Shown here: one piece after another, positions 48,690-61,855 of the stretch
Layout: each line of letters starts with the position of its first letter
How positions within the stretch are numbered: position 1 is the first letter of the stretch
Notes under the pieces: model-generated
What the model saw: only the letters and a program-made list of their open reading frames with translations
Told to the model about the DNA's origin: nothing
The model's database searches: none
Program-made: the position numbers and the translations under genes
Source of the DNA: Leptogorgia sarmentosa
Taxonomy: Eukaryota
NCBI GenBank assembly: GCA_964658305.1
Contig: OZ210885.1
Span: forward strand, 14,880,001 to 14,944,000
DNA: 64,000 bases
Direction: 5' to 3'

Positions 48690-49701
48690 TATAATAACCA
48701 TTTACATGAACTAAACTGGCTGTTACTAAATAGTACAAGAATTGGAATGTTGCAGAACTGAATAGTTTCATTTTCTATGAGCTAGTTTTATACCTGTATC
48801 TCCAATGATCGTCTTCAGGATTTCAAACATATCCTTCAACGTGACCTTCGTCTTCATCTGCCTGGATACTGCATGTCAATAGTCGAGGAAACAATTTCAT
48901 GGCAAAAATTTCGCATGATGTTATATAGCTAGGTTTATAATAATGAAATCTCGATAACGAGACCATATATTATAGAGGAAATATGCATGGTGATGAATAC
49001 TTGTTACACGTGTAAAGTTATTTGAACCTCTGAGGCTAAATGATGTACGTGAGCTACACCATACAAAAAGACAACTGCTTTCAATCTCAATGGATCCATT
49101 GACAATGCACTGTACAGATCTTTTTGCTCCTTGCTAGAATTGAATCCTTGAGGAATCCCTGTGCTGCTAACGAACTTTGATCTATGTAATGAAGAATACC
49201 AGTTGAAGTAAACCTGACCAGAGATTACGCGGTTCATTAGATGGTTCTAAACGTTTAAGAAATATAAACAATTTTTCTTGTTGATATATAGCGTTTACAA
49301 TTAACGTCAAACTTGTTTAACCATGCAGTTATTAAAACTTGTACTATAAATGCAGTATAATTATACTTGCGTGATCAATACAAGTTCATGAATTAAATCT
49401 TCATTACCATTTTGTATAAATCTTCAATAGAAGTTCCACATTTTGACCGCAAATCTCCTGAATCGTCTTTTTCATATTTTGACTTCTGCATAAAAGTAAT
49501 AATATGTACATTCAATTGGCCAACATATCTGTATACTAGATATTAAAATCACTTCATAAATATTGAAAATTTAGCTAATACGAACTGCTGTCGAATTAGC
49601 CTCTGCTTCAGGTACTGATTCCGCTTCGTGAGTTAATGTCCTATAAAATATATACACAACACATAGCTTACAAATATAATACAATATATAGACATATATA
49701 A

Positions 49702-49706
<5 letters not shown>

Positions 49707-49745
<39 letters not shown>
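49707..49745. repeat. (TA)n microsatellite
   Basis: Visible run of TA dinucleotides. Confidence 0.9.
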
Positions 49746-49748
<3 letters not shown>

Positions 49749-49770
49749 TTGAAAGATGTTCTCCGGATTC

Positions 49771-49810
49771 TAGTTAGTTTCGACTTGGTGCTTTAAGTCT
49801 TCGTCAGGTT
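49771..49810 (-). ncRNA. Hammerhead ribozyme core (possibly degenerate) at the Penelope 3' end
   Basis: CTGACGA-A-GACTT(AAAGCACC)AAGTC-GAAAC on the minus strand. Stems I and III and the cleavage triplet are not clearly intact. Confidence 0.5.
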
Positions 49811-50561
49811 GTGTGGGATTGTTCTGGTATGTGATTGGTTGCATAGGTGTGCCGAGCGTCTGATTGGTGGATTGTTCGGGTTGTTGATTGGTTGGTTTTG
49901 GAGGGTGGTGATTGGTTGATGTGATTCGGTGTTCTGATTGGTGCGTTTTGATCCTCTGGCGCTGTTTTGGTGTTGTTGGTATGCTTGTAGGGATGTCAAT
50001 GTGTCCGTTGATTGCGGCGTTTTCTAGGCTGTGCCATGCTTCTTTCAATTCACGTGCATGTCTTGTGTTTGCGTGGTTGAGAATGGTTGTTTTTGTCCAG
50101 TCGAATCTGTGGTCATTGTCGGCAACGTGGTTTGCGGGTAAGGAACGTGGGTCTTGTCGTTTGATGGCGTTTTTGTGTTATGCGTGATTTAAGGGTTTTT
50201 GATGTCTCGCCGATGTAGACTTTGTCACAGTTCTGGCATGGGATTTTGTACACTACGTTGTGTTTGTCGAGGTTGTCGAGTTGGTCTTTGTGTTTGGTGA
50301 ACATGGATTTGAGTTTGTTTGTGGGTTTATGTGCAACTTTCAGATTGTGTTTTCCTAGTATTCATGATGTTATCTCGGAAATTTTGTGGATGTAGGGGAG
50401 AGTTACACACTGGGAAATTAATCGATCTTTTTCACCACCCGTGTGCGTTTAGCCCGCAATGCAGGTGTTCGCGAGACTTTACACGAATAATTTTGGCGTT
50501 TGAACAGTGCCGACATTCGAAAGGCCCTAGAGCGAGTATTTCAGGTCATCGTGTGGTATAA

Positions 50562-53333
50562 ATGGCGGCATTTGTAAGAGAGAAAGGTAAGCTTCAATTT
50601 GACACCAAATATAACTATGTTAGCTTGTGTTAAAACAAAATAATAACTGAGAAATATGAGTTCGTAAACAAGCTTAGTTTTAAGCTATACAAATGCCGGT
50701 TTTTAAGAACTTTGTTTATCTTTATCTAGGTATTTTAATGCGAAAATAAAACGATAAGATTGTTGGCTGTATCCCAATGTTTATTCTCTGCAAGTTTTGT
50801 CCTAAAAGGTTTAATCGTAAAAAAATTGAACGGAGACAATTATGGCTAATCGCAAGAGAAAGCAGGAAAGGTTTCCAATTGGGGAATGGTCTCGTCAAGT
50901 GAAGAGCAAGCGAGAGGTTCTTGTGCAATCAAACCAGTCTATTCTAAATATTCAAAGTGAAATTGATAATGTCGGTGATACCTATAAAAAGCTGAAAGAC
51001 GACAACGCTATACTGGAAAGCAAAGTTAGCGAGTTGAAAAGAAAGGTAATTTATAAAATATGGCTTGAAAATTAGAAGTTCATTATAGAATTTCAATTTG
51101 CAGCGAGGTTTGCTTGAGAATGAGAAAGTACACATGCCAAAAGGAAGGAGTGCAGATGCAATCCCAACCAAACTAGACGAGAACAACAGCGATAAAGTAT
51201 TTGGCATCTCCCATAATCTTGCACGCAAGCGAAGGAAACTGACATATGCTGCAGTGCAAAATATCCATGCAACTGCAAAAGATACTAATGAAGAAGCAAA
51301 AACAGCCACTAAATGTGGACTATGGTACACCCTAGTTACAAGTGTTCCTAGCAAAGACATTACTGAATTGTGTAAAAAGTCTAGCATATTTGGTAAGAAT
51401 GTAATACCAACAATAGTTAAGTCAGCAGTTACAAGCTTTGAAAAGTCTCCAAAAAATTTAATCAGATCTGTGAGTGTACTTTACAGAGGCGGGATGTTGA
51501 GTAAAAGAAAATATTCTGCTGTGCGCTCGTCTGAAATATTTGATTACGACGTTGTTCAAAAAAAGCGCAGGCGTACAGAGTTTGATGAAGGTTGTAAACT
51601 ACCTGCCCTCTTGCCATACAAAGATTTGATGAAATTTGTTGGAGAGCAAAATATTGGTAAGCTTAATAACATACCCTGTGCCTTAGCTGAGAGGGAAATT
51701 GAAAAAGAAAGTGAAGAAATTAGCAATAACTTTCTACCATTAATTCCTGGGTATTACATTGCCTTAGAAGAGCGCTTGTTGCAACTGGCTGATTTATATG
51801 TGTATATTGAAAGCCAGGTGCCTGGTTCTATTAATTGGTTAGGTCGGGAAAAGGGTCATTTTCTGGTTGCCTTGGGAGCAGATGGTGCTCCATTCGGGAA
51901 ATCAAATGAAGCTTGTTCATGGCTTGTCTCTTTCTTGAATGTTGTTGAAAAAGTAGCAAGCCCTGATCACAATTTTCTTATTTGTGGCGCTAATTGCAAA
52001 GAAGACCACCCATCTATGGTGGAATATGCAAAGCATTTAAGATCTGAAGTCACAAGTATAGAAATTAAAACCTTCAGTGTAAGATCTCAGGAAGTAAAGT
52101 TTGAGATCAAACTAATACCAGCTGATATGAAATGGCTTAGCACATTATCTGGAGAACTAAACAATGCAGCCACTTGCCCATGTCCTTTTGCTAATGTGAA
52201 AAAAGATGAGCTTAAGTTAAGGGGTCACAGTTTAGGAAATGGACCAGAGCACAAATGGCAACCTTGGTCATACAAGTCTAGAGAAGTTATTGCAAAAAAG
52301 GTTGCACAGTATAAAAAGGTTCAAAAAATACCTGTGAAAAGGTTTGCAAGAAAATTGCTGAATTGAAGTCGAGGCAAGAGTTTCAGCCTCTTCTTGGTCC
52401 TATGGTCCAACTTGCCAAATGTGATCCCTTGCACCTAGGGAACAACTGCTGGGGGCACTGGCACATGCTTCTTTTTAACCATGTCATGACCAAGGCTAAA
52501 ATTGGCAACTCCATAAAATCTGTGTACCAATTGCCTGAAACCAACCCTTTGCATAAACATTTAAAAGTGCTTAGGTTTAAAATGAAGTGCAAGAGGTTGT
52601 ACAATAAAATAATACGGTGGTTTAAAGAGAAGCATGGCATGTCTAACTTTGAGTGTAGATTCACTGGAGAGGAGACGAAAAAGTTTTGCGATGGTTTCAC
52701 ATATCTCATCTTAGCAAACATTGATGATGAAGATATTGAGAAACCCAGCAATGTTTTCCCTCTATCTCTTTACAAAATGGGTATTCACCTTAGGAACAGC
52801 ATATCCCTTGCCAGTAGAGTTTCTGATATTTGCAGTACTGACTTCTTAAAACTTGAAAGTGAGTGCAAGCAGTATTTCAATTTATCATCTCTTTTTCACT
52901 CTGTAAACCTCAGTGTGTGGTCTATGGGACCAAACAACTTGCTGAAGACTTGGGAGTGGGTCTCGGAATAAACTCTATGCAAGGACGAGAATCGAAGCAT
53001 CAACAAATTGCTTCCTTTGCAGAATTTGCCTTAGTTAAGAACAGATGGGAAAAGGTCTTTAGACATGAGTATATGTCCTTGATTTGGTTAAGGAAGCAAA
53101 CTCCACATCTGGATAGTTATAGGAAGTGTAAGGATAAGTACTCTCCAGACCGATGCTTCAACTCTGGTTATTGCTTGTGTGGCATTGCACTTAGTGATAA
53201 TGGTAAATGTAAATATTGTGGGTCAGACCTATCAAACGAAATAAGTACTTGTGCCATCACTGGAAGCATAACAGAAAGAATGAAGAAAATACTGAGGCAT
53301 GCTGAACGTGGGATTCAATTTCTGAAAAGCTAG
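50562..53333 (+). pseudogene. Spliced RAG1-core/Transib-like DDE transposase with frameshifts near 52350 and 52925
   Basis: GADGAPFG, PADMKWLSTLSGELNNAATCPCPF, CDPLH, RFTGEE and GLGINSMQGRESKHQ align in order with RAG1 SCDG (D600), YDEK...GS.YICTLC (D708), DALH, MNGN and IGAWASEGNESGN (E962). Confidence 0.7.
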
Positions 53334-54059
53334 CAGTCAAATAACTTTGTGAGCTTTCTTGTGGGAAGAAAGAGGCTGTTATTGCATTTGTAATCCTTAA
53401 CTGTATTCGATATTCTCTTGTTATAAAATGTTTATCAATTATTTATTTATTTCAAGAAATAACCTTGTTAACTTAAATTATATTAAAGCTGATTGCAGCC
53501 TTGTATTTATTATATATTAATTATTATTAAGTTGAAATAAAAATGTTATTTATTCATTTTATCTTGTTGGTGCTTTGTTTGTATTAAAGAAGGCAGTAGA
53601 AGGTTAGTTTTGCCCGTGCTAACATAATAACCATTAAGATTATACCATGCATGATTTAGAGTGGCTATATTACGGCACTCAGTTGTAACACTGTTGCAAG
53701 TGTTAGACAATGTCAAACAAAGTTACACAGTCTAAGAGCACTACATTGTGTCGCACACCCTACCCATGCTCTACCACCCTAATCCCCCCCCCCCCCCACC
53801 TCCTACGCAACCTCTGCCCACCTGTTCCCCTATCCCCAAATAAAGAAAGCGTAACACTGTTACCCAAGTATATAATTAATAATACACTCTAAATCATGCA
53901 CCATATGCCAGGTTTCCCCCTTGATGAGGCAAATTGTCCAACGTTAATAGAGAGTAAATAGAACACTGATTCTTTATCACACCTTCTAATATTCACAAAC
54001 TGAAATTTGTATAAATTGTCTACAGTTAATAAATTTCTGTTGCTGTATAAATATGAATG

Positions 54060-54730
54060 TTAAATAAATTGTGGTACCCCATCTGTATTCCAGCTTCCAT
54101 AGTGACACATAACTGTCATAGTTTCTTTTTGTTCATTGTAAGTCAAAACAAATGGTTTACTGTCATTGACAATAACACTAACTCGACCCTTTCCAGATAC
54201 ATCTTTCTTTAAACTTGTTTCACAATTACCAGCGACAGCAAATAGTTGACAGAGTTTTCTGTAGTTAATAATTTCGACGGTGCGCTCTTTCACTTTCCTT
54301 TCTTTGGCTGTGCGTTTCAGGTGAATATTTACAGCAAACGAGGAAGAACATGTCAAGGTTTTAATAATATGTTCAAAAACCAGCGTTTGTAATCTTGAGC
54401 TGAATTCCACTATCCAAGGATGGGAATGCCTGGCTGCAAAATACAGCCTACGACTAATAGATTTTGCCCAGAACGTAAGCTCAGAACAAGCCATGTCGTG
54501 TAAACACGAAGCTGCAAGCTTCTCTTCGGGTGAATACTTGTTAGAATACGTAATAATAGCCTCTTTCTTCCCGCGAGAAAGCTCACGAAAAAAGTCTTGG
54601 ATTGCCAGCTTTTCAGAAATTGCTTCCCACGGTAGAAGTCCCCAGTATGTAAGCTCAACTTGTTTGAACAAAGCGTCAATCTCAGCAGAAAGACTTTCTA
54701 AAATATCACGCCAATGGTTCTGACCGCCAT
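54060..54730 (-). CDS. Accessory ORF of unknown function (about 220 aa; probable frameshift just after the ATG at 54730)
   Basis: Long open frame inside the TIRs, convergent on the transposase. The ATG lies about 80 bp inside the right TIR. Confidence 0.55.
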
Positions 54731-55269
54731 ATTGAATTTTGAAACCTAAATTATGCAGGTCAGCCTCGATTTCGCGCGGTGCAAATAAATGCTATTAATT
54801 TCCCAGTGTGTTATTCGCCTGGTTGGTATTTTGTGGTTTTGTTGGATGATTGGGTCTTGTGTCTGGTGCCATTGTTTTCGTTTGAGGAAGGAGCCAATGA
54901 AATGTTTTGGGTAGTTGTTCTTCTTGAAGGTTTCGTAGAGATACTTGAGTTCATTTTTCTTGCTTTCTGTTGTACTACAATGGGTGTCGGCGCGGTTGAA
55001 AAGGGTTCTAAGGCAGCTGAACTTGTGCTGTGTTGGGTGATACTGTTGTAGTTTAGGATTTGGTCGGTGTGTGATTTCTTTCTGTAAACTTGAGTTTCAA
55101 TCGATCTGTTGTCTGTTCTTGTGAGTAGAATGTCTAAGAAAGGAATTTGTCCGTCTTGTTCTTTCTCCATTGTGAACGTGATTCCGTCTGTGGTGTTGTT
55201 GATTGTGTCGAATAAGTTTTCAATGTCATCGACGTAGCGATCCCAGATTTTTATGTTGTGGTCGTTGGC

Positions 55270-55754
55270 AAGGGCTTGCTAAACTTCATCGCACACTTAG
55301 AACACGCCTTAAGACCAGCAACATCGAAGAACACTCAGTAAACAATATACGACACCAAGTCGCCTCCCACTTACATCACCATAACAAACCAATCGATTTG
55401 TCCAAAAGTGAACGCGAAACCTTAAACAACCTCAGTAACGATAATAACATAATCATCTTACCAGCTGACAGGGGAATAACGACCGTTGTAATGGACAGAA
55501 CGGACTACGCCAACAAAGCGAACACGCTACTCCAAGCCAGCAACACATACAAAAAACTCGACAAAGACGCAACCAAAACAACCATATCTCGCATTAACAA
55601 GAAATTAAAGTCACTGAAGGATCAACAAAACTCGACAACAACACCCACCTCAAGATCCGACCATCTGATGCCACCACCGCTCGTTTCTACAGACTACCTA
55701 AGATCCACAAACTAAACATCCCACTACGCCCCTTCGTCTACTTACCAGGTTCAC
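55270..55754 (+). pseudogene. Penelope-like N-terminal/pre-RT fragment in the opposite orientation
   Basis: LSKSERETLNNLSNDNNIIILPADRGITTVVMDRTDY and PRFYRLPKIHKLNIPLRP motifs. Confidence 0.8.
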
Positions 55755-58700
55755 TGTACTTGCCGTTCTCGATATTTGTTCGGTTCAACATTTTATTACA
55801 CACTGACCTCCAAAAAAATTAACACATCATTATAAATGGCCACATTTAGCATTAAATTTACATATAACATATAAGGCGCCTACATACTCCCCGCCGATGG
55901 GAAGTTCTCAAACTCCACATCTTTAAATAATTCAGATAATAATTTGTTCACACGATAAATTGAATAAATTCGTTATTCAAGTTCGTTTTCTTCGAGAAGA
56001 ACTATCTTTACAATCGGTCTTACATATACCAAGTCCTTTGTTCTCAATTCATTATCTTGTCCATAAAAAACTTTAGTTACTATGGCGACGGGCCATAGGC
56101 CTCTTGGAATGTTCTTATCACTTAGTAATACCAAGTCTCCAACACGGACGTTTCGCTGTGGTTTAAGCCATTTTTGTCGAAGATGTAAGGTAGTCAGATA
56201 TTCCTTAATCCAACGATTCCAGAAATAATTTGCGAGTATTTGAGTTTGCTTCCACTTCTTCCTCGTGACTGTCGTTTCTTGATCAAATTCTCCTGGAGGG
56301 AGAACCATAGCTGGTCGCTGCAATAACAGATGAGCTGGTGTAATAGCTGTGGAGTCATTAGCGTCCTCACTTGATTTAGTCAATGGACGAGAATTGAGAA
56401 TTGCTTCAAGTTCTGCAAACACAGTCCGTAAAACATGATCTGTTACTAATGATCCCTTTAAAATAGCTTTCAACGAACGTTTGACATCCTTGATAAGTCT
56501 TTCCCACACACCACCAAAATGAGGGGTATAAGGTGGATTGAAAACCCATTTTATTCCCTTTTGAGACAATTTTCCCGTAAGTTGGTTGTCATTCCAGAGT
56601 GCAATAGCCTTTTTTAATTCATGGTCAGCTCCGCGAAAGTTCGTTCCACAGTCAGTTCTTATTTCCTTGGGAGTTCCACGTCTCGCAATAAATTGGCGAA
56701 GAACATTGATAAAGTCGTCTGTGTCTAACGATGGTGCACCTTCTAAGTGTATTGCCCTCGTGCTCATGCAGGTAAAGATGCACCCCCATCTCTTAGGTTT
56801 TGATCGACCTTGTTTTACAAATAGCGGACCAAACATATCAGCTCCAACGAACGTGAACGGAGGTTCAAAGGCCATTACTCTATAAGATGGTAAAGGAGCC
56901 ATCTCTTGATGGAGTCTTGGTGCATTCCTTTTCCTACAAACAAAGCACTTGTTAATAATTCTTCTCACCAACGACCGTGCCTGGCAGATCCATACTCGTT
57001 GACGCAATAGATTCAATGTATGCTCTTGACCACTATGAGCATTTTGATAATGAACATCACGCGCCATTAGTTCCGCAATCCAATGCCGTTTCGGGATTAT
57101 GGGTGGAAACTTTGCATCATAGTTTAAAGGGGCATGTTCCAACCTACTACCCACTCGTAAAAGATCGTCATCGCCTAGGAAGGAGCTCAACTTGACAAGG
57201 GTACTAGACAACTTCACATTCTGCTTATTTCTTACACTCTGGTATTCTTCAGGATAGTACCGTTGCTGTACAATTCTGATGATGTCCTTCTCAGCAGTTC
57301 TTAACTCGTTGGGGGTCGGAACACCACGAAAGCAGGTGGGATTTTTCAATTTGCAGCTTCTAATGTATTCTTTAAATCTTGTCAACCATACGACTTTCGT
57401 CTTTAGCAAACTCCAACTTGAATATCTTTCTAATAGGTGGTACAGAAGTGGGATCGCGACGCACATTGTTGGATTTGTTTGACATTCTTCTTCGTCCGTA
57501 CAATTATCTTCTAATCCTTCCAAACTTGTTGTAGGCCAGGTTGATTCTTTACCATTTAGAAAGGCAGGACCATTGAACCAACGGCAATCAGGAGTTAATT
57601 GCGAGGGAAATAGTCCACGCGAGGCGTCGTCGCTAGGATTTAATTCACTGGGGCAATATCTCCACTGGTCTAACTTCGTCTTTTCTCGAATCTCTGCGAC
57701 ACGATTACCAACGTATACTGTAAAACGCTTATTCTCATTCATAATATATTTTAATACAACTTCCGAGTCTGTCCAATAATAGATGTTGCTGAAATTAATT
57801 TGGATCTCACGTAGAATCATTTCACCAATTCGTACGGATAGGATTGCCGCTTGTAATTCCAGACGAGGAATCGTTATTTTTCGCAAGGGCGCCGTACGAG
57901 ATTTTCCAAATACCAATGAACAGACAACTGAACCATCGGTAAACTCGGTTCGCATATACGAGGCAACACCGTATCCTTTCTCACTTGCGTCTGAGAAATT
58001 GTGAAGCTGAACATCTTTGGTATGCTTATCTCCCGTTGGTTCGAACTCTTTCCCGTTGGACTTATAACATTGTGGGATGATGACATCAGACAAGCACTGC
58101 AGATCGCTCTTCCATCGTCACCAACACTTAAGCTCTTCTTCAGGAAGTTGTTGATCCCATGTTAACTTCTTCTGCCATAATTTTTGCAGCAGAGATTTGA
58201 CTAGTAATGACACTGGCACGATGAAACCAAGTGGATCAAACATACTTGCAACAGTGGACAGAATACCACGTTTTGTTTCTGGTTTGTCAACTTCAATTAC
58301 TCGAAACTGAAAAACATCATCTTCCACATTCCACTGTATACCGAGGGCTCTTTCCGTTGGCAATTTATCCAGGTCGAGATTTAACGACACGTTCGCTCTT
58401 TCAGATGCAGGGAAAGCCGAGAGTACTCTCTTACTTGTGCTGGTAAGTTTGGTCAACCGGAATCCCCCTTTCTTGAGAAGCTTTATTAGATGACTTAATA
58501 ATTGAATTGCTTTATCTTCGGTTGTAACTGATTTTAACAAGTCGTCTACATAAAAGTCCTTCTCTACTGCTTCGACTGTGTCCTTGTCAAATTCACACGC
58601 ATTATCTTTTGCTGTTTTCCGTAGTGCAAAGTTCGCTATTGACGGGGAATCTTTCGCACCAAATGTATGAACATTCATGCGATACGTCTCGGGTGGTTCA

Positions 58701-61700
58701 TTCAGGTTGGGTGCAAACCACAAAAAGCGTAGAGTCTCGTTGCTCGATAGGTACTTTCACTTGAAGGAACATTTGTTGGATATCTGCCATTACTGCAACT
58801 TTCTCTTTCCGAAACCGTAGAAGCACATCAATCATGTCATTCGCCAGATTTGGACCGGGTATAAGATTGTCATTTAATGAGGTTCCTTCATATTTTGCAG
58901 TAGCATCAAAAACCACGTGAACCTTGCCAGGTTTAGCTGGATGAAATACCGGATGATGCGGTAAATACCATGTCTTTGCTGAGGTCTTCGCCACTTCGTC
59001 ATTCTTCAGCTTCGTTGCATATCCTTTCGTCACATGCTGTTCGGTTTTCTCCTTGTATTTCTGGTGTAGATTTTCATCTTTCTGCAAACGAGATTTTAGA
59101 TGGTCCAAACGTTTAAGAGCCAGTTGACGATTGTTAGGTAATTTCCTGTTTCCGTCCTTCCATAACATTCCCACTTCGTAATGTCCATTTACGAGCGACA
59201 CAGTTTCTTCCATCATCTTCACTGCCCTCTTATCCTCAATGGACATAGCTCTCTGCGTATCTGTCACAACACCAAGACCATCATCTTTGAAGAAACGGTA
59301 AACTTCGTCCGACAGCAACTGTTCTGTATTCTCAGCTTCAGAACCCTGTAGGAAATGGACATCAACTTGATTGTTTGGATCACTGTTAGTCGGTCCCATC
59401 AGAGCCCAACCCAACTTGTACTTGAACGCCCATGGTTGTTCTGATCCGCCAGCTCTAATCTCTTCAGTAATGAACGCAGCAGGATTGTCAGCACCCACCA
59501 ATAACTCGATACTCTCACAGTCAACGTCCGGAAATTCAACGTGTCCTAAATGCTTCCACTGGGCGACATTTTCTCGCTTGGGGGCAACCTTAAGTTGAAC
59601 GTCAAAGGCATCTGTGATTATAACATCTCGGAAGTGCATCTTTGACTTTGATTCTTGAGAAGAGTTGTTCGCGGACTCCAATGTAATTGGCACCCTTTCT
59701 GTATCGATCGACTTCGAGCCCGTTATAGACTTGACGGATAGCGTTCCTTTTGTCCCTGTCAATTTCAAACGTCGAGCTAGATTACTTGAAATAAACGAAG
59801 CTTCACTTGCTTGATCAAATAGTGCATACGTCGTCCTCTTTCTACCACCTGTACCATACACCGTTACTGCTACTACTGGTAACTCTGTCGTTTCTCTGTA
59901 CAGTTGCATCGCGAGTGGTTACTTGGGTTGTTTTGTCGACCACTTCATTTCGCCGCCTTTCCACAACGTTCAAGTGTAGCAACTTATGATGTCTTCTTCC
60001 ACAATCTTGCACTTGACACTTCTCGTGTCTGCAGTATCTCTTGAAATGCCCCGGCTGAAGACATTGGAAACATAATTTGGCTCGTAGTACAATTTTCCTT
60101 CTATTCTTGACTGTTTCATTAAGAAATTTCTTACACGTTGATAGGTGATGACTCCCTTGACAATTTGGACACTTGGCACCAGCGTCATACTGAGTTGTAT
60201 ATATCTTTATTTCGAGTTTTCTTCCGACATTTCTTCTACAACCTTTCGGATCCTCCTTTCTAGGATTGCTGGGTAGATTTCGGTATAACGGATTGTTCTC
60301 TGAACTTGCTCTCTCCTGCAGGAATTCAACCAAATCGCCAAAGTTAGGTCGTTGACATGTCGACCTTAAAATCTGACTTACTCTATCTCTCCATCTGGCT
60401 TGGTTGTGAAATGGTAAGCGAGCGACCAACTTTCTCATATGATCAGTTTTTATCTCATGGAGGTACTTCATGGTCTTCAGCATTTATCTGCGAGTTTTTG
60501 CATAGCCTGCACATCACCAGGAGGTAGACTATCTCCGTCCACAATTTCACCAATACATGCATTAACAATTAGATAGGGCTGTCCAAATCTCGACTCCAAA
60601 ACATTAAGAGCATCCTGTAGAGCTCCTTCACCCATTCCTTGATAATCTTCAATTGCTTCTTTAGCAGCGCCTTCTACGTATTGAATCAAACGACTGAGTT
60701 TTCGACTTTCCTGTATCGCCTGCGAAAGTACTTGGTTAGTAAATCGCGTCACGAATCTTGTGTATTCTTTCGGATCGCCCGAAAACTTTATCACTTTGAC
60801 AGGCGGAGTATGTGCAGTGTTCGCAATTGCTTCAGCTAATCGGTAAGTTGAGTCGTCAACAACGAGATCGACTGGTGCAGGGTATGCCACGGTTGATCGA
60901 TTTTCTTGACCTTTATGCGATTTTCCGATTGTATTTTTATTTTCAAAGGAAGGATTAACCCCCTTTGTGTTCAAATGCAATAAATTATGCGGCGATGCAT
61001 ATCTATTTAAATCCCGTCTGTGCATCAGAGCGAATTGATTCATCGTCACTAAACAAATCTTGTTCATATTCAATCGCGTGTTTCTCTTCTAATATTGCTA
61101 ATTCGACCTTGTTTTTTAGAGTTTGTTGTTCTAAGTTCTGTCGAAGTTCTAGCATGCGTTGTTCATTTTCTTTCTCAATAAATTGACACTCGCGCAACTG
61201 TTTTAATGATAATTCAGCCTTTTCTCGCTTTAGTCGCGCTTCAACAGATCTTGTACTTGAACCCGCCGAACGTATACCTCCCTTGATCGGACTTATCACT
61301 AATTTTGTCTATCGTGCTGAGATTTTCCCTGACAGTTCTATTATCGTCCCAACTAGCTTCTGCCACTTGTACATACTGACTGATTTTATCTAGAAGTTCT
61401 AGTTTCTTATGCGACAGTTCGTTATACACTTGAACAGCATTATCTCTCGCTAGTGTATCGTGACCAGCGCAAGCTAATATCTCGCTATGCACAAGTTCAA
61501 ACCGCTCCCATTGCCGGTCATACAGTTGACTTAGTTCCTTCACTTCTCTTACATGACTAGTATCAATTAAAAGGGCACTTATCTTGTTTGCCAAGCTCGT
61601 TAAATGTCCTTGATGACCGCTTCTTGACTTCTTCAGTCTCACCAACATTTTTGCTGTAATATCTTCTGAGTCCATGCGAGTATTCGGTTCCCTCGCACGT

Positions 61701-61768
61701 CTTGGTCTTTCATCACGATAGCTGTCTTGCTCATCGGCTTGAACACTCACTCTTCTTTCCCCGAACAT
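55755..61768 (-). mobile_element. Decayed BEL/Pao retrotransposon; 3' LTR 55755-55884, 5' LTR lost
   Basis: Frameshifted gag (CPNCQGSH), protease (ALFDQAS), RT (YLPHHPV, FYVDD), RNase H (FSDASE) and integrase (GADMFGP, TDCGTNF, GGVWERL). PPT CGGCGGGGAG precedes a TG...CA 130-bp LTR. Confidence 0.9.
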
Positions 61769-61855
61769 GCACAGCATGGCACAGCCTAGAATACGCCGCA
61801 ATCAACAGACACATTGACATCCCTACAGCATACAAACAACACCAAACAACACCTG
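61769..61855 (+). repeat. Penelope 3' fragment, inverted copy of about 49960-50040
   Basis: GCATGGCACAGCCTAGAA...CACATTGACATCCCTACA matches the reverse complement of the minus-strand Penelope tail. Confidence 0.75.

Larger units (their letters stand above)
50406..54810 (+). mobile_element. RAG1/Transib/Chapaev-clan DNA transposon with two convergent genes
   Basis: Perfect 17-bp TIR CACACTGGGAAATTAAT. TTA duplicated (50403-50405 and 54811-54813); removing the element and one TTA restores the Penelope frame. Confidence 0.85.
49765..55265 (-). mobile_element. Penelope-like element, 3' part (RT C-terminus and GIY-YIG endonuclease), decayed and split by the 50406-54810 insertion
   Basis: WDRYVDD; EKEQDGQIPFLDILL...VYRKKSHTDQILNYNS; ITLPYIHKISE is restored across the insertion; VVYKIPCQNCDKVYIGET. 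Confidence 0.85.

Noticed and set aside
50406..54810. Calling the element a true RAG1-RAG2 (ProtoRAG) locus
   Set aside because: No RING or nonamer-binding region recognised, no kelch repeats in ORF2, no 12/23-type nonamer, and the TSD is 3 bp rather than 5 bp.
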